Shown: positions 35,631 through 44,227 of the stretch, one piece after another | How the letters are laid out: the number at the start of each line of letters is the position of its first letter | Numbering within the stretch: the stretch's first letter is position 1 | Source of the DNA: Arenicellales bacterium | GTDB taxonomy: Bacteria > Pseudomonadota > Gammaproteobacteria > Arenicellales > JAJDZL01 | Direction: 5' to 3' | NCBI GenBank assembly: GCA_965214615.1 | Contig: OZ243952.1 | Span: 2,445,734 to 2,509,733 of the forward strand | Length of the DNA stretch: 64,000 nt | Position numbers and translations under genes: made by a program | Notes under the pieces: generated by a model | Told to the model about the DNA's origin: nothing | The model's database searches: none | What the model saw: only the letters and a program-made list of their open reading frames with translations

Positions 35631-36485
35631 TCAGGCACCTAAGGCGATTACTTTCTGATATTGCTCGCCGAGACCTTCGATGCCAAGGCGCATTTCATCG
35701 CCGGGCTTGAGAAACATTTGCGGCTTCAAGCCCATGCCGACCCCCGAAGGCGTTCCGGTAATCACCAGGTCGCCGGGTTCCAGAGTCATGTGGCAACTGA
35801 CGTAGCTGACTAGGTGCGCCACCGAAAAAATCATGTCATCGGTGCGGCCTTCCTGCAGCCGCCGACCGTTGACTTCAAGCCACACAGACAGATTCTGAGG
35901 ATCGGCCACCTCGTCGGCGGTCACCAGATACGGTCCAAACGGACAAAACGTATCGGCGCTCTTGCCTTTCGTCCACTGTCCCGTGCCTTCAATCTGAAAG
36001 GCGCGTTCTGACACATCATTGACCACGCAGTAGCCCGCCACATAGTCAAGCGCGTCTGATTCGTCCACGTACTGCGCCCTGGTGCCGATCACCACGCCAA
36101 GCTCTACCTCCCAGTCCAACTTGGTGCTGCCGCGCGGCTGAACCACATCGTCATCAGGCCCGCAAATCGACGTGGTAGCCTTCATGAATATGATCGGCTC
36201 CGCCGGTATGGCAAGGCCGGCCTCCTTGGCATGATCCCTGTAGTTCAGTCCGATGCCGACAACCTTGCCAACACCGGATACGGGCGGTCCGATGCGCTGA
36301 ATATTCGCCTGCGCGACAAGCGGCAGCGAATCGACATCTACCCTGGCCAGCGAGGCCAATGCGTCCGGCGACATCGTTGCCGCGCCGATGTCGGCAACAT
36401 AGGCCGACAGGTCGCGAACTTGGGAATTCGAATCAAGTACTCCGGGCTTTTCGTTACCCGCACTACCGTAGCGAAGCAGTTTCAT
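35631..36485 (-). CDS. Fumarylacetoacetate hydrolase (FAH) family protein
   Basis: MKLLRYGSAGNEKPGVLD... N-domain, then ..KVVGIGLNYRDHAKE...PIIFMK...LDWEVELGVVIG...VAGYCVVNDVSER..Q...GQWTKGKS.DTFCPFGP..., the canonical FAHD/YcgM-type core. Confidence 0.85.
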   Translation of the reverse strand: MKLLRYGSAGNEKPGVLDSNSQVRDLSAYVADIGAATMSPDALASLARVDVDSLPLVAQANIQRIGPPVSGVGKVVGIGLNYRDHAKEAGLAIPAEPIIFMKATTSICGPDDDVVQPRGSTKLDWEVELGVVIGTRAQYVDESDALDYVAGYCVVNDVSERAFQIEGTGQWTKGKSADTFCPFGPYLVTADEVADPQNLSVWLEVNGRRLQEGRTDDMIFSVAHLVSYVSCHMTLEPGDLVITGTPSGVGMGLKPQMFLKPGDEMRLGIEGLGEQYQKVIALGA

Positions 36486-36599
36486 ATTGCAGAATCCTTA
36501 GTTGACTGATTGATACGCCTGGCGCATTCTCGACGCCTGAAAGAGGACGGCATTATAGACGCTGCGACACGCCTCGGCTATGCTGCGTTGCAGGTTTTT

Positions 36600-37361
36600 T
36601 CAAATGGCCTGAAAAAACTGAATGACGAGTATCACCCCGACCACAAAGAGCGCTCCCTTTATGATTCTGCGATATCGTTCCGACTCGATACGATCGCGGA
36701 ATCGCTTGCCCGCCAAAAGCGCCAGGCCGGATACCGCAGCCAGCGGCACAGTCGCTGCCGCTATGTGCCAGTCATAGATGCCCGCGGTGCTGAACACCCC
36801 GACCTGGGTGGCTTTTCCAGTCAGAAAGAACAAGTTGAACACCGGCACCATGGTGGCTCTCGACCATCCCATTTCGAGTGCATAGATGATCATAATGGGC
36901 ACCATGGTGTTGGTTGCTCCTGCCGATATTCCTGCGACAAGACCGAACCCGGCACCTGAGCTGCGCCTGAAGCGGTGGAGAAAGCCGAACACCGCTCTTT
37001 GCGAACGGTCAACCGCAAGATACAGGAACACGAGCACCGCGAGCAGCAATTTGAACGGACCGGGATCGTTGACGGCGATCAGATAGGATCCGGCAATTCC
37101 GCCGATTGCGACCCAGACCGCAACAGACCAGAACTTGCCGATGCTGCTTCTCCAGTCGCTGCCGCTGAAAATGCTGATCACATTGACCACGATGGTCGGA
37201 AGCAGCGTGATCAGAATTGCTGTTCTGACATCGACAAATATCGAAAGCAGTGGCGTTGAAATGAGCGGAAAGCCCAATCCCAGTGCGCCGTGGACGACAG
37301 CAGCAGCAATCAGAATGGATGCGAAAAGAGCTAGATCAAGTGCCGTTGCCGCATCTAGCAT
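36600..37361 (-). CDS. TSUP (TauE/SafE) family anion exporter
   Basis: 253-aa polytopic protein. The N-terminal ..AAAVVHGALGLGFPLISTPLL.. and second-half ..GLVAGISAGATNTMVPIMIIY.. repeats are typical of TauE/SafE. Its start overlaps the ugd stop (TGATG). Confidence 0.8.
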   Translation of the reverse strand: MLDAATALDLALFASILIAAAVVHGALGLGFPLISTPLLSIFVDVRTAILITLLPTIVVNVISIFSGSDWRSSIGKFWSVAVWVAIGGIAGSYLIAVNDPGPFKLLLAVLVFLYLAVDRSQRAVFGFLHRFRRSSGAGFGLVAGISAGATNTMVPIMIIYALEMGWSRATMVPVFNLFFLTGKATQVGVFSTAGIYDWHIAAATVPLAAVSGLALLAGKRFRDRIESERYRRIIKGALFVVGVILVIQFFQAI

Positions 37362-38797
37362 CAGTGCAGAATACTTTCATCCTTAAGGTCTGGAACGTCT
37401 TGAGAGTCGGCAGCCCTTTGCCGCTTGAAAGCGGTAAATTTCCGACTCAGCGGTTCCAGGGATTCATCGGCATCGGAGGGCTGGCGCATCACCTGCCCCT
37501 GGCCGACGCCCTGGTAGTCGAATCCGGCTTCCAGCATGTCTTGCGCCTCATACATGTTGTGCAAATCTACAAGGACCGGACTTGCGAGCATGCGCATCAG
37601 ATCCGGCAGTGACAGCTGCCCGTATTCAGGCCAAGCAGTGGCAATCACCGCTGCGGCGCATCCGTCCGCCGCCGCATACGGACTGTCGTGGTAGTCGACA
37701 TCGCTAAGCTGCAGGCGCGCAGCGGGAACTCCTTTCGGATCGTGCGCGTGAATTTTCGCTCCGTGACGCTGAAGCTCCCGGATAATCGCCACGCTCGAAC
37801 TGTCGCGCAAGTCATCGGTATTCGGCTTGAATGTCAAGCCGAATACGGCTATTTTCCTGCCCTCGACAGAACCGCCGCAGGCACGAATGACACGATGCGC
37901 CATGCGGATCTTGCGCTGGGAGTTGATGTCAGTGACCGTTTCAATGATCCGAAGCGGCGAACCGGCGCTCTTGGCCGTGTGAATCAGCGCCAGCGTATCT
38001 TTCGGGAAGCAAAGCCCGCCGTAGCCGGGTCCGGGGCGCAAATACAAATTCCCGATTCGCTCGTCCAGGCCGATGCCATGGGCGAGTGCGCGAATGTCGA
38101 CCCCGGTCTGCTCGCAAAGATCCGCCACTTCATTGATAAAGGTGATTTTCGTCGCAAGATACGCGTTTGCAGCGTATTTGATGAGCTCGGCTGTCTCCAG
38201 ATTGGTGTAAAGCACCGGTACGCCGCTTAGCGAAAGCGGGAGATAAAGCTCGGCGAGAATTTCCTGCGCGCGCTCCGACTCTACCCCCACAACGACGCGG
38301 CTGGGATTCATAAAGTCCTTGACCGCCGTGCCCTCGGCAAGAAACTCGGGATTGGAAACGACGTCAAATTTTTTCTGCGGCAAAAGCGAACGCATCAGGT
38401 CCGCCACTTTTGCCCCAGTACCGACCGGCACGGTGGACTTGGTTACCACAACCGCATAATCGTCAATCTGGGCCGATACCTGGCGCACTACTTCAAAAAC
38501 ATCTGAAAGATCGGCGGCGCCGGTCTTTTCATCCGCCGGAGTATTGACGCAGATGAATATCACCTTGGACTGCCTGACCGCAAAACCGATGTCCGAAGTA
38601 AAGTGCAGCCGTCCGGTTTCGATATTGCGCGTCAGAAGATCAGAAAGGTTTTCTTCGAATATCGGAGATTCTCCGCGCCTGAGCACTTCAAGGCGCCGTT
38701 CATCCTTGTCGACGCAAATCGTTTCCACGCCCAATTCGGCGAAGCACGCGCCTGTGACAAGGCCGACATAGCCGCTGCCGATTATTGCAATTTTCAT
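37361..38797 (-). CDS. ugd: UDP-glucose 6-dehydrogenase
   Basis: Start moved to MKIAIIGSGYVGLVTGACFAELG (38797). Also ..NPEFLAEGTAV.DF..P.RVVVG.., and the catalytic GGLCFPKD. The C-terminal ~40-aa tail is unusual. The ORF-track N-extension (to 38881) is rejected. Confidence 0.88.
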   Translation of the reverse strand: MKIAIIGSGYVGLVTGACFAELGVETICVDKDERRLEVLRRGESPIFEENLSDLLTRNIETGRLHFTSDIGFAVRQSKVIFICVNTPADEKTGAADLSDVFEVVRQVSAQIDDYAVVVTKSTVPVGTGAKVADLMRSLLPQKKFDVVSNPEFLAEGTAVKDFMNPSRVVVGVESERAQEILAELYLPLSLSGVPVLYTNLETAELIKYAANAYLATKITFINEVADLCEQTGVDIRALAHGIGLDERIGNLYLRPGPGYGGLCFPKDTLALIHTAKSAGSPLRIIETVTDINSQRKIRMAHRVIRACGGSVEGRKIAVFGLTFKPNTDDLRDSSSVAIIRELQRHGAKIHAHDPKGVPAARLQLSDVDYHDSPYAAADGCAAAVIATAWPEYGQLSLPDLMRMLASPVLVDLHNMYEAQDMLEAGFDYQGVGQGQVMRQPSDADESLEPLSRKFTAFKRQRAADSQDVPDLKDESILH

Positions 38798-39025
38798 GGA
38801 TTCAAGTTCAATGGCAAAGGTGTTGCGATTAAGAACATTATAGGCGCGCATTGAGCACTTACGCCTGCGAACAAGCGGCATTGACTTTCGACGGAGCCTC
38901 TATCATCGGTCAATGCGTCAAATTTCGCGCTGGCCGGTCGAATTGAATCCCATGCGGTGCCGATTTGCATGGTTCGAGGTTAGAATAGGAACATTTGATG
39001 AAACGACCGCCTGGACGGACTTGCC

Positions 39026-40366
39026 ATGAACGAACAATCCCGAATCTACTCGGTTAACGAATTAAATCAGGAAGCTAGAGACAATCTTGAATCCAAGTTC
39101 AGCAATATTTCCGTCGAGGGCGAAGTATCTAGATCAATTCTCGCCAACTCCGGTCACATCTACTTCAACCTCAAAGACGAACACGCCCAAATCGCATGCG
39201 CATTTTTTCGCAGCAGCGCATACCGTTCCAAGCACAAGCCTAAAGACGGCGAAAAGATCATCGCAACAGGAAACCTTTCGATCTATCCCCAGCGAGGGAA
39301 CTACCAGCTCATTGTCAGAATGGTTGAACTTGCCGGTACAGGAAACCTATGGATGAAATTCGGCGAGCTGCAGGAACGGCTCAGAAAGCTTGGATATTTT
39401 GACGAGGCGAGGAAAACGCCGGTTCCTCAGTGCCCGAAGCGAGTGGGCATCATCACCTCGCCGGACGGAGCTGCTGTTCAAGACATCATTCGAGCGTTTT
39501 CAAGACGCTTTCCATCCATTGAGCTTATTGTATATCCGACCCTAGTTCAAGGCGATCTCGCGGCAAAGCAAATCGCTAAAATGGTACACATTGCGAACGA
39601 GCGCAAGGAAGTCGACGCAATTATTATGAGCCGCGGGGGCGGCTCGATTGAAGATCTATGGCCATTCAATGAGGAAGTTGTCGCCGAGGCGATCAAAAAC
39701 AGCAAACTTCCAGTCGTGACCGGCGTCGGACATCAGACCGATACCACCATTGCGGATCTTGTCGCTGACGCGCGTGCGGCGACTCCGACCGCGGCGGCCG
39801 AGCTTCTCAGCACCCCTGCGATGGGCGACGTGATTCGTCAATTGCAAACTGCCGAACACAGGCTGGACAGTGCCGTATCGAACAGACTGGGCAATCTTGG
39901 ACAAAGGGTCGACTACGCCGAAAAGGGGCTGGTGCACCCGAAGCAGAAAATTGCCAATCTCGATGCGAGATTCGAACACGCCGCCCAAAGCCTCACGTCG
40001 CGGATACTCGAACAGCTTCGCACCAATGCCGACCAATGTCGGGCATTGCATCAGGCGCTTGGCGCCGCATCGCCGGTCAAACCCATCGATTCTCGGCGCA
40101 TGGTGACGGAGAATTTTCAGAACGTTATTCAGCTGCAAGCCGCAAATCGATTGAAGGAGTTTCGCGCTGGCTTGTCATCGCTGCAGTCCAGGATCGAGTC
40201 TACAAATCCCGATGCAACTCTTAAGCGCGGATACGCGATTGTCCGAAGCAAATCTGATGACAGAATTCTGCGCAATACCGAATCGGTTGCCAAAGGACAT
40301 AAGATCACCGCTCAGTTGCATTCCGGAGTTCTGCACTGCGACGTTGAAAAAGTTGCAGACCGCTAA
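39026..40366 (+). CDS. xseA: Exodeoxyribonuclease VII large subunit
   Basis: 446 aa. N-terminal OB fold (..YSVNELNQEARDNLESKFSNISVEGEVS....SGHIYFNLKDE.AQI.CAFF), ..VGIITSPDGAAVQDI.., ..RGGGSIEDLWPFNEE.VA.AI..S..PVVTGVGHQTD.TIAD.VAD.RA.TPTAAAE. Confidence 0.9.
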   Translation: MNEQSRIYSVNELNQEARDNLESKFSNISVEGEVSRSILANSGHIYFNLKDEHAQIACAFFRSSAYRSKHKPKDGEKIIATGNLSIYPQRGNYQLIVRMVELAGTGNLWMKFGELQERLRKLGYFDEARKTPVPQCPKRVGIITSPDGAAVQDIIRAFSRRFPSIELIVYPTLVQGDLAAKQIAKMVHIANERKEVDAIIMSRGGGSIEDLWPFNEEVVAEAIKNSKLPVVTGVGHQTDTTIADLVADARAATPTAAAELLSTPAMGDVIRQLQTAEHRLDSAVSNRLGNLGQRVDYAEKGLVHPKQKIANLDARFEHAAQSLTSRILEQLRTNADQCRALHQALGAASPVKPIDSRRMVTENFQNVIQLQAANRLKEFRAGLSSLQSRIESTNPDATLKRGYAIVRSKSDDRILRNTESVAKGHKITAQLHSGVLHCDVEKVADR

Positions 40367-40415
40367 AATTCGAACTACCTTTTGGAAACCCTATCGGCAA
40401 GTCAAACCCCCTCGG

Positions 40416-41720
40416 CTATAGAATGCCGGTTCTATGGGTTTGCCGTATTTGCCTGATCAAATGTTCATCGACACCGGCTTCATCGGCAAATGACTCCCAT
40501 TGCGCTACTGCGCTTTGAACCTGATCGATAATTTGCTCGGCGCGACCGCGCTTCATGGAAGCGTGCTTCGCACAAGCTTTGAAATCATCCAGCTGAAAGT
40601 TGTCGCGTTTACCGTTCAGAGTCATTTGATGTGCATTCGTCCAAGCGCCTTCAGAATTGAAACTGTAGGTCAGATCGTAAGCCGGCGCAAGTCTCCAATT
40701 TCCCCCGCGATCCATAAGGAAGGCAATATTCTTGACGTGATCATCCTGATTTCGGGCGATGACGTTGAAAGACATTCTTCGAAACTGCTCTTCAACCGAA
40801 TCCATCGATTTTTCCAAGTCTCGGATTGTCGCGAGACACTGCTCGTAGGAATAGACGCCAGGCATTCTGTAATCGTAATGGCTTATCGCGCCCAACGTCT
40901 GCATGTGAAGTTTTCGTCCGCTCCCAGTCCGATCGAATCGCCTCGTCATAAAATGGCTTCGTCCGTTTTCCTTGAGCAACCGACTTTCCATCATGTCAAT
41001 ACCGGCGGCTTGCGCCATTTTGTAATAGCCAAATTCAATCAGCCCGTAGCCGGTCGAAGCGCTGAAATGCACATCGTTGAAACCACCTGAGACGCCATCG
41101 AATTTCAAAAGCCAATAGGAAAATCCATCTTCAGCGTCCGCCTGCCCCGACCTCACTTCATTGGTTTCCGGATTCCACGCGATGACCGCTTTCGCTCTGG
41201 CGCCGCCCGCTGATGTTCCAACTCGCAGAATTTCCTCCATGACGCGATTCTCCCTGCCTGACGATAGTGACATGCAAAAATTGTGCCGGTCTGACAATAT
41301 TTTTTCCGCCAGAGCTACGAGTTCGCCGACTTCGACAATTTGCGACCACGTTGCACTGGGACCGATAACTGGAAGATATTCGATTGCCCCCATCCCTCGA
41401 GCGCCAACATAGCAAAGCCGTTCGACCGGATTGAAAGACTCTGCGCTTCGCCCCTGCATCGCTAGCCACGCATCAATCAGCGCATTTCCGAAATCATCCG
41501 GCAAGGAATCCGCCACCAGGCCAGGTAATCCGTGAAATGTGTCTCTGGGCAATGCAGGAAACGAGTAAATCCGCCGGGCAAGAGGCATGGTTAGCGGAGC
41601 CACCTCGATCGAGCTGTCAGCGAATCCCGGATCGTATTCGAACGACGCAACATTTGCCGCTGCATTCCAACTCACAGCGCCTACCGTTTTCCTCCACAGG
41701 CGCACTTCGGCGACAGTCAT
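40416..41720 (-). CDS. hipA: HipA-family serine/threonine kinase toxin
   Basis: 434 aa. HipA N-domain (..VGAVSW......FEYDP.F......VAPL.MP..), ..LAGAQ-like region, and a catalytic loop ..ARNQDDHVKNIAFLMDRGGNWRLAPAYDLTYS.. that appears intact. Its start overlaps the hipB stop by 1 nt. Confidence 0.85.
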   Translation of the reverse strand: MTVAEVRLWRKTVGAVSWNAAANVASFEYDPGFADSSIEVAPLTMPLARRIYSFPALPRDTFHGLPGLVADSLPDDFGNALIDAWLAMQGRSAESFNPVERLCYVGARGMGAIEYLPVIGPSATWSQIVEVGELVALAEKILSDRHNFCMSLSSGRENRVMEEILRVGTSAGGARAKAVIAWNPETNEVRSGQADAEDGFSYWLLKFDGVSGGFNDVHFSASTGYGLIEFGYYKMAQAAGIDMMESRLLKENGRSHFMTRRFDRTGSGRKLHMQTLGAISHYDYRMPGVYSYEQCLATIRDLEKSMDSVEEQFRRMSFNVIARNQDDHVKNIAFLMDRGGNWRLAPAYDLTYSFNSEGAWTNAHQMTLNGKRDNFQLDDFKACAKHASMKRGRAEQIIDQVQSAVAQWESFADEAGVDEHLIRQIRQTHRTGIL

Positions 41721-42067
41721 CAGTCATCTCCCCATGACCAGGGTTTCGGAACTGCGCGCTTCCTTATCCCGGATGACGCTCTGCGGCGGGTCCTGCCCTG
41801 CATTTTGAGCTGTTGCATCGGGCTTATCTCCGATTCAGGCAGCAATGCTCCGAAGTTTTCCGCCAAGCCGAGTGTGCGAAAGACTCGAATCAGGCTTACC
41901 AATTGAACCGACCCGCCGGATTCAATGCGCGCCAAAGTGCGCAATGAAATTCCAGACTCTTTCGCAACTTCGGCCTGAGTTCTATTTTGATTGAGTCGGG
42001 ACCGCGCAATTCTGCGCGCCAATTCATTCATGATTGAATCGTCTGATGAGTTTTGGGTTATATTCAT
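41720..42067 (-). CDS. hipB: HipB-like XRE-family HTH antitoxin with basic C-terminal tail
   Basis: ..LARRIARSRLNQNRTQAEVAKESGISLRTLARIESGGSVQLVSLIRVFRTLGL.. is a Cro/C1 HTH. It sits directly upstream of, and coupled to, hipA. The tail ..RTRRRASSGIRKRAVPKPWSWGDD contains Trp near the C-terminus, as in E. coli HipB. Confidence 0.75.
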   Translation of the reverse strand: MNITQNSSDDSIMNELARRIARSRLNQNRTQAEVAKESGISLRTLARIESGGSVQLVSLIRVFRTLGLAENFGALLPESEISPMQQLKMQGRTRRRASSGIRKRAVPKPWSWGDD

Positions 42068-42307
42068 AATATGTCATTTATTAATTTTTACTATGATTTA
42101 ATCTTCTTATAATGCCATATATTGCGTTTAAAACAATTCACGAAAAAGATTTTTTCTGTTCGACGTAGGTCCGATCTGTCTCATCGACTAATTCTGCAAG
42201 CGGTCAGTCACTAACAAAATGGATGCCCTTCAGAGGGTTTAAACGGCATCACAATGTGCCGGATCGAATTGAACCGGTCGAGAAAGTAAATCATAAGGAG
42301 TATCCAG

Positions 42308-42670
42308 ATGAATCATATTCAAGAAATCCACAAGGCAGGTGTGGACTTGGCGAAGAACGTGATTCAGGTATTTACGGTTGACGATAAAGGCAAGGCGGTA
42401 TGAATCGTCGTTTGTCGAGAACCAAGGCGCAAGGGGTTTTCTCAAAGAGTTTGAACAGGTAAATTCGAGGTTGCCTTGAAAGGTGTATCCATAGATATCT
42501 CAAGGGCACTGAAGGCGGACAGCATGAACGTGCTGCTGAACTGTGCCGAACGCAACCTGCGGCTGACCTGAAACGTTTGAGAAACAGTCGTGCGCGAATA
42601 TTATGTCGCTCAGTATTTCGCTGGACCATTCACCAAAACGGGGGCTCTCAGGTGCCATTTACGGTTTTAG
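42308..42670 (+). pseudogene. IS110-family (DEDD) recombinase, N-terminal fragment with several frameshifts
   Basis: MNHIQEIHKAGVDLAKNVIQVFTVDDKGKAV* matches the family start (IGIDLAKNVFQVHGVD.KGK.V). Shifted frames then give ..RGFLKEFEQV.., ..EVALKGVSIDISRALKA..NVLL.., ..VAQYFAGPFTKTGA (compare ..PQFVKPFVK..). Only ~120 of ~340 codons remain. Confidence 0.6.
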
Positions 42671-42833
42671 CGCGTTGCCCGTTGCGTAAGGCCGTCTGAG
42701 CTTCCGACAGCTTGACATTCATCAGTTCGAAAATCGACAGATTATCGTTTTATTCAGAGGCGACTAGACTGGTATCGCCTTTGCTACTTGTCCTGGTGTG
42801 GCGTTTTCGTAATTGGACTCAAGGAATTTCTTT

Positions 42834-43271
42834 CTAAGTCCAAGGATTGACTACCTTGGCACCGGTATTTACAAACTCGCTTTCGTTGCGTGTAACTATC
42901 ACACAACCACATCGAATAGCTGTTCCAGCGAGCATTGCGTCCGGAAGATGGCCATCGAACGGTTCACCCCGTCGACGTTTTTCCTCCATGATGCGGGCGC
43001 AAATTTCAGCATCGGCAACAGTCCAGTCAAAAATCCGATCTTCAAAGACATCAGCGACTAATCTCTGAAAGCGTTCAGCAATATCGTTACGGCGCTTTCC
43101 AGAATCCAATTGGCCGATGCCATTGAGGATTTCCCAGACAGTTATTACGGCAAGACCAATCCCTGCCGGAGTAATTTCATCAAGAAAATTGGCAACCCGA
43201 GGTTCCGGGTTCGGGCGCATCATCTCGGAGAGAATATTTGTGTCGAGTAGCCAGGACGTAGGCGCTGTCAT
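42834..43271 (-). CDS. vapC: PIN-domain ribonuclease toxin (VapC/FitB-like)
   Basis: ..WLLDTNILSEMMRPNPEPRV..FL......L.VITVWEI..G.........R....F..L......I..W....A...A........G.P....DAMLAGTAI..GCVIVTRNESEF. The conserved acidic residues of PIN toxins are present. ATGA overlap with the upstream antitoxin. Confidence 0.85.
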   Translation of the reverse strand: MTAPTSWLLDTNILSEMMRPNPEPRVANFLDEITPAGIGLAVITVWEILNGIGQLDSGKRRNDIAERFQRLVADVFEDRIFDWTVADAEICARIMEEKRRRGEPFDGHLPDAMLAGTAIRCGCVIVTRNESEFVNTGAKVVNPWT

Positions 43272-43525
43272 GTTCCACCCTTGTCGGAAAGCGAAACAGG
43301 TTTATAGCCATAGCGTCCAGAAAGTGGCAATTCAACTCCATGTTCCTGCCCGAAATATCGTCGGAAGGCTTCTGACGGCTTTGTATGTGCCTCCGAACGC
43401 TTACGCGTATCGTGGATCAAACGGCGAACAAACTCTTCCATTGAGAGACCTCTATGCGCCGCTTCCTGCTTGATCCATGATTTATCGCTCGGATTGATGT
43501 TTCGAACAAGTATGGCAGAACTCAT
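43268..43525 (-). CDS. vapB: RHH (Arc/FitA-like) antitoxin of VapBC module
   Basis: MSSAILVRNINPSDKSWIKQEAAHRGLSMEEFVRRLI... is a typical ribbon-helix-helix N-terminus (L.VRN......L...AA..G.SME...R.IL). 85 aa, 4-nt overlap with vapC. Confidence 0.75.
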   Translation of the reverse strand: MSSAILVRNINPSDKSWIKQEAAHRGLSMEEFVRRLIHDTRKRSEAHTKPSEAFRRYFGQEHGVELPLSGRYGYKPVSLSDKGGT

Positions 43526-43889
43526 TGGAATACTCCTTGTTCAGTTGACTGTGGAATTCAGAATGATCTACAGAATGACATAGTGATAGCAAAATCAATA
43601 GATACAATTATTGACCTTGCTCCAAGAACCTGTACAGGGAATATTACGACCGAAAATGCCCGTGTCGGGGGCAAGTCGGCGCGATTCGGGGCAATTTCGC
43701 CAGGAATTAGGGCAAGTTCACTGAACCTAAGACATTCGCATCCGCTCAACAACAGTCAATTGCGACACAGTTTTTTGTCATTGAGCAATTTTTGATGACT
43801 TTCACTGAAATGTGAAGTTTTAAAAGTCGAGTAGATTTTTCCCCGAGGCTTCGTGATCAAATCAGGAAATTGAAAATCAGCATGAAGTT

Positions 43890-43940
43890 CAATATCAAGA
43901 TTAGAGTCACCGCTTCGCGCCGACATTAATCTTGATATTG
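43890..43940. repeat. Perfect 14-bp inverted repeat with 23-nt spacer in the vapB-der intergenic region
   Basis: caatatcaagatta (43890-43903) ...23 nt... taatcttgatattg (43927-43940). No adjacent U-tract, so it is not a classical terminator. Confidence 0.9.
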
Positions 43941-44227
43941 GTGAAATAGCGCTTATCTGCTGTAGACAGGGCTCACCAATCGCGGGCGGTAAAATGCATT
44001 TAATGTTTCGCTCAAATTGGAAAACTTCAACTCAAATTCGAGACGGCTGAGCAGTTTGGGCGATTAATCATTAAGGCAATATTACGCGCTTCAATTTGGC
44101 GACCAAATTGCATGAACAACGCGCCAGCCATCGGGGACATCGAAATCGCTGGTCGTAGGCGTATCGCGACAAAGGCGTCTAATCGACCCAATTCCATTGA
44201 TTCGTCAATCTGGAACCAAACCGTCGC

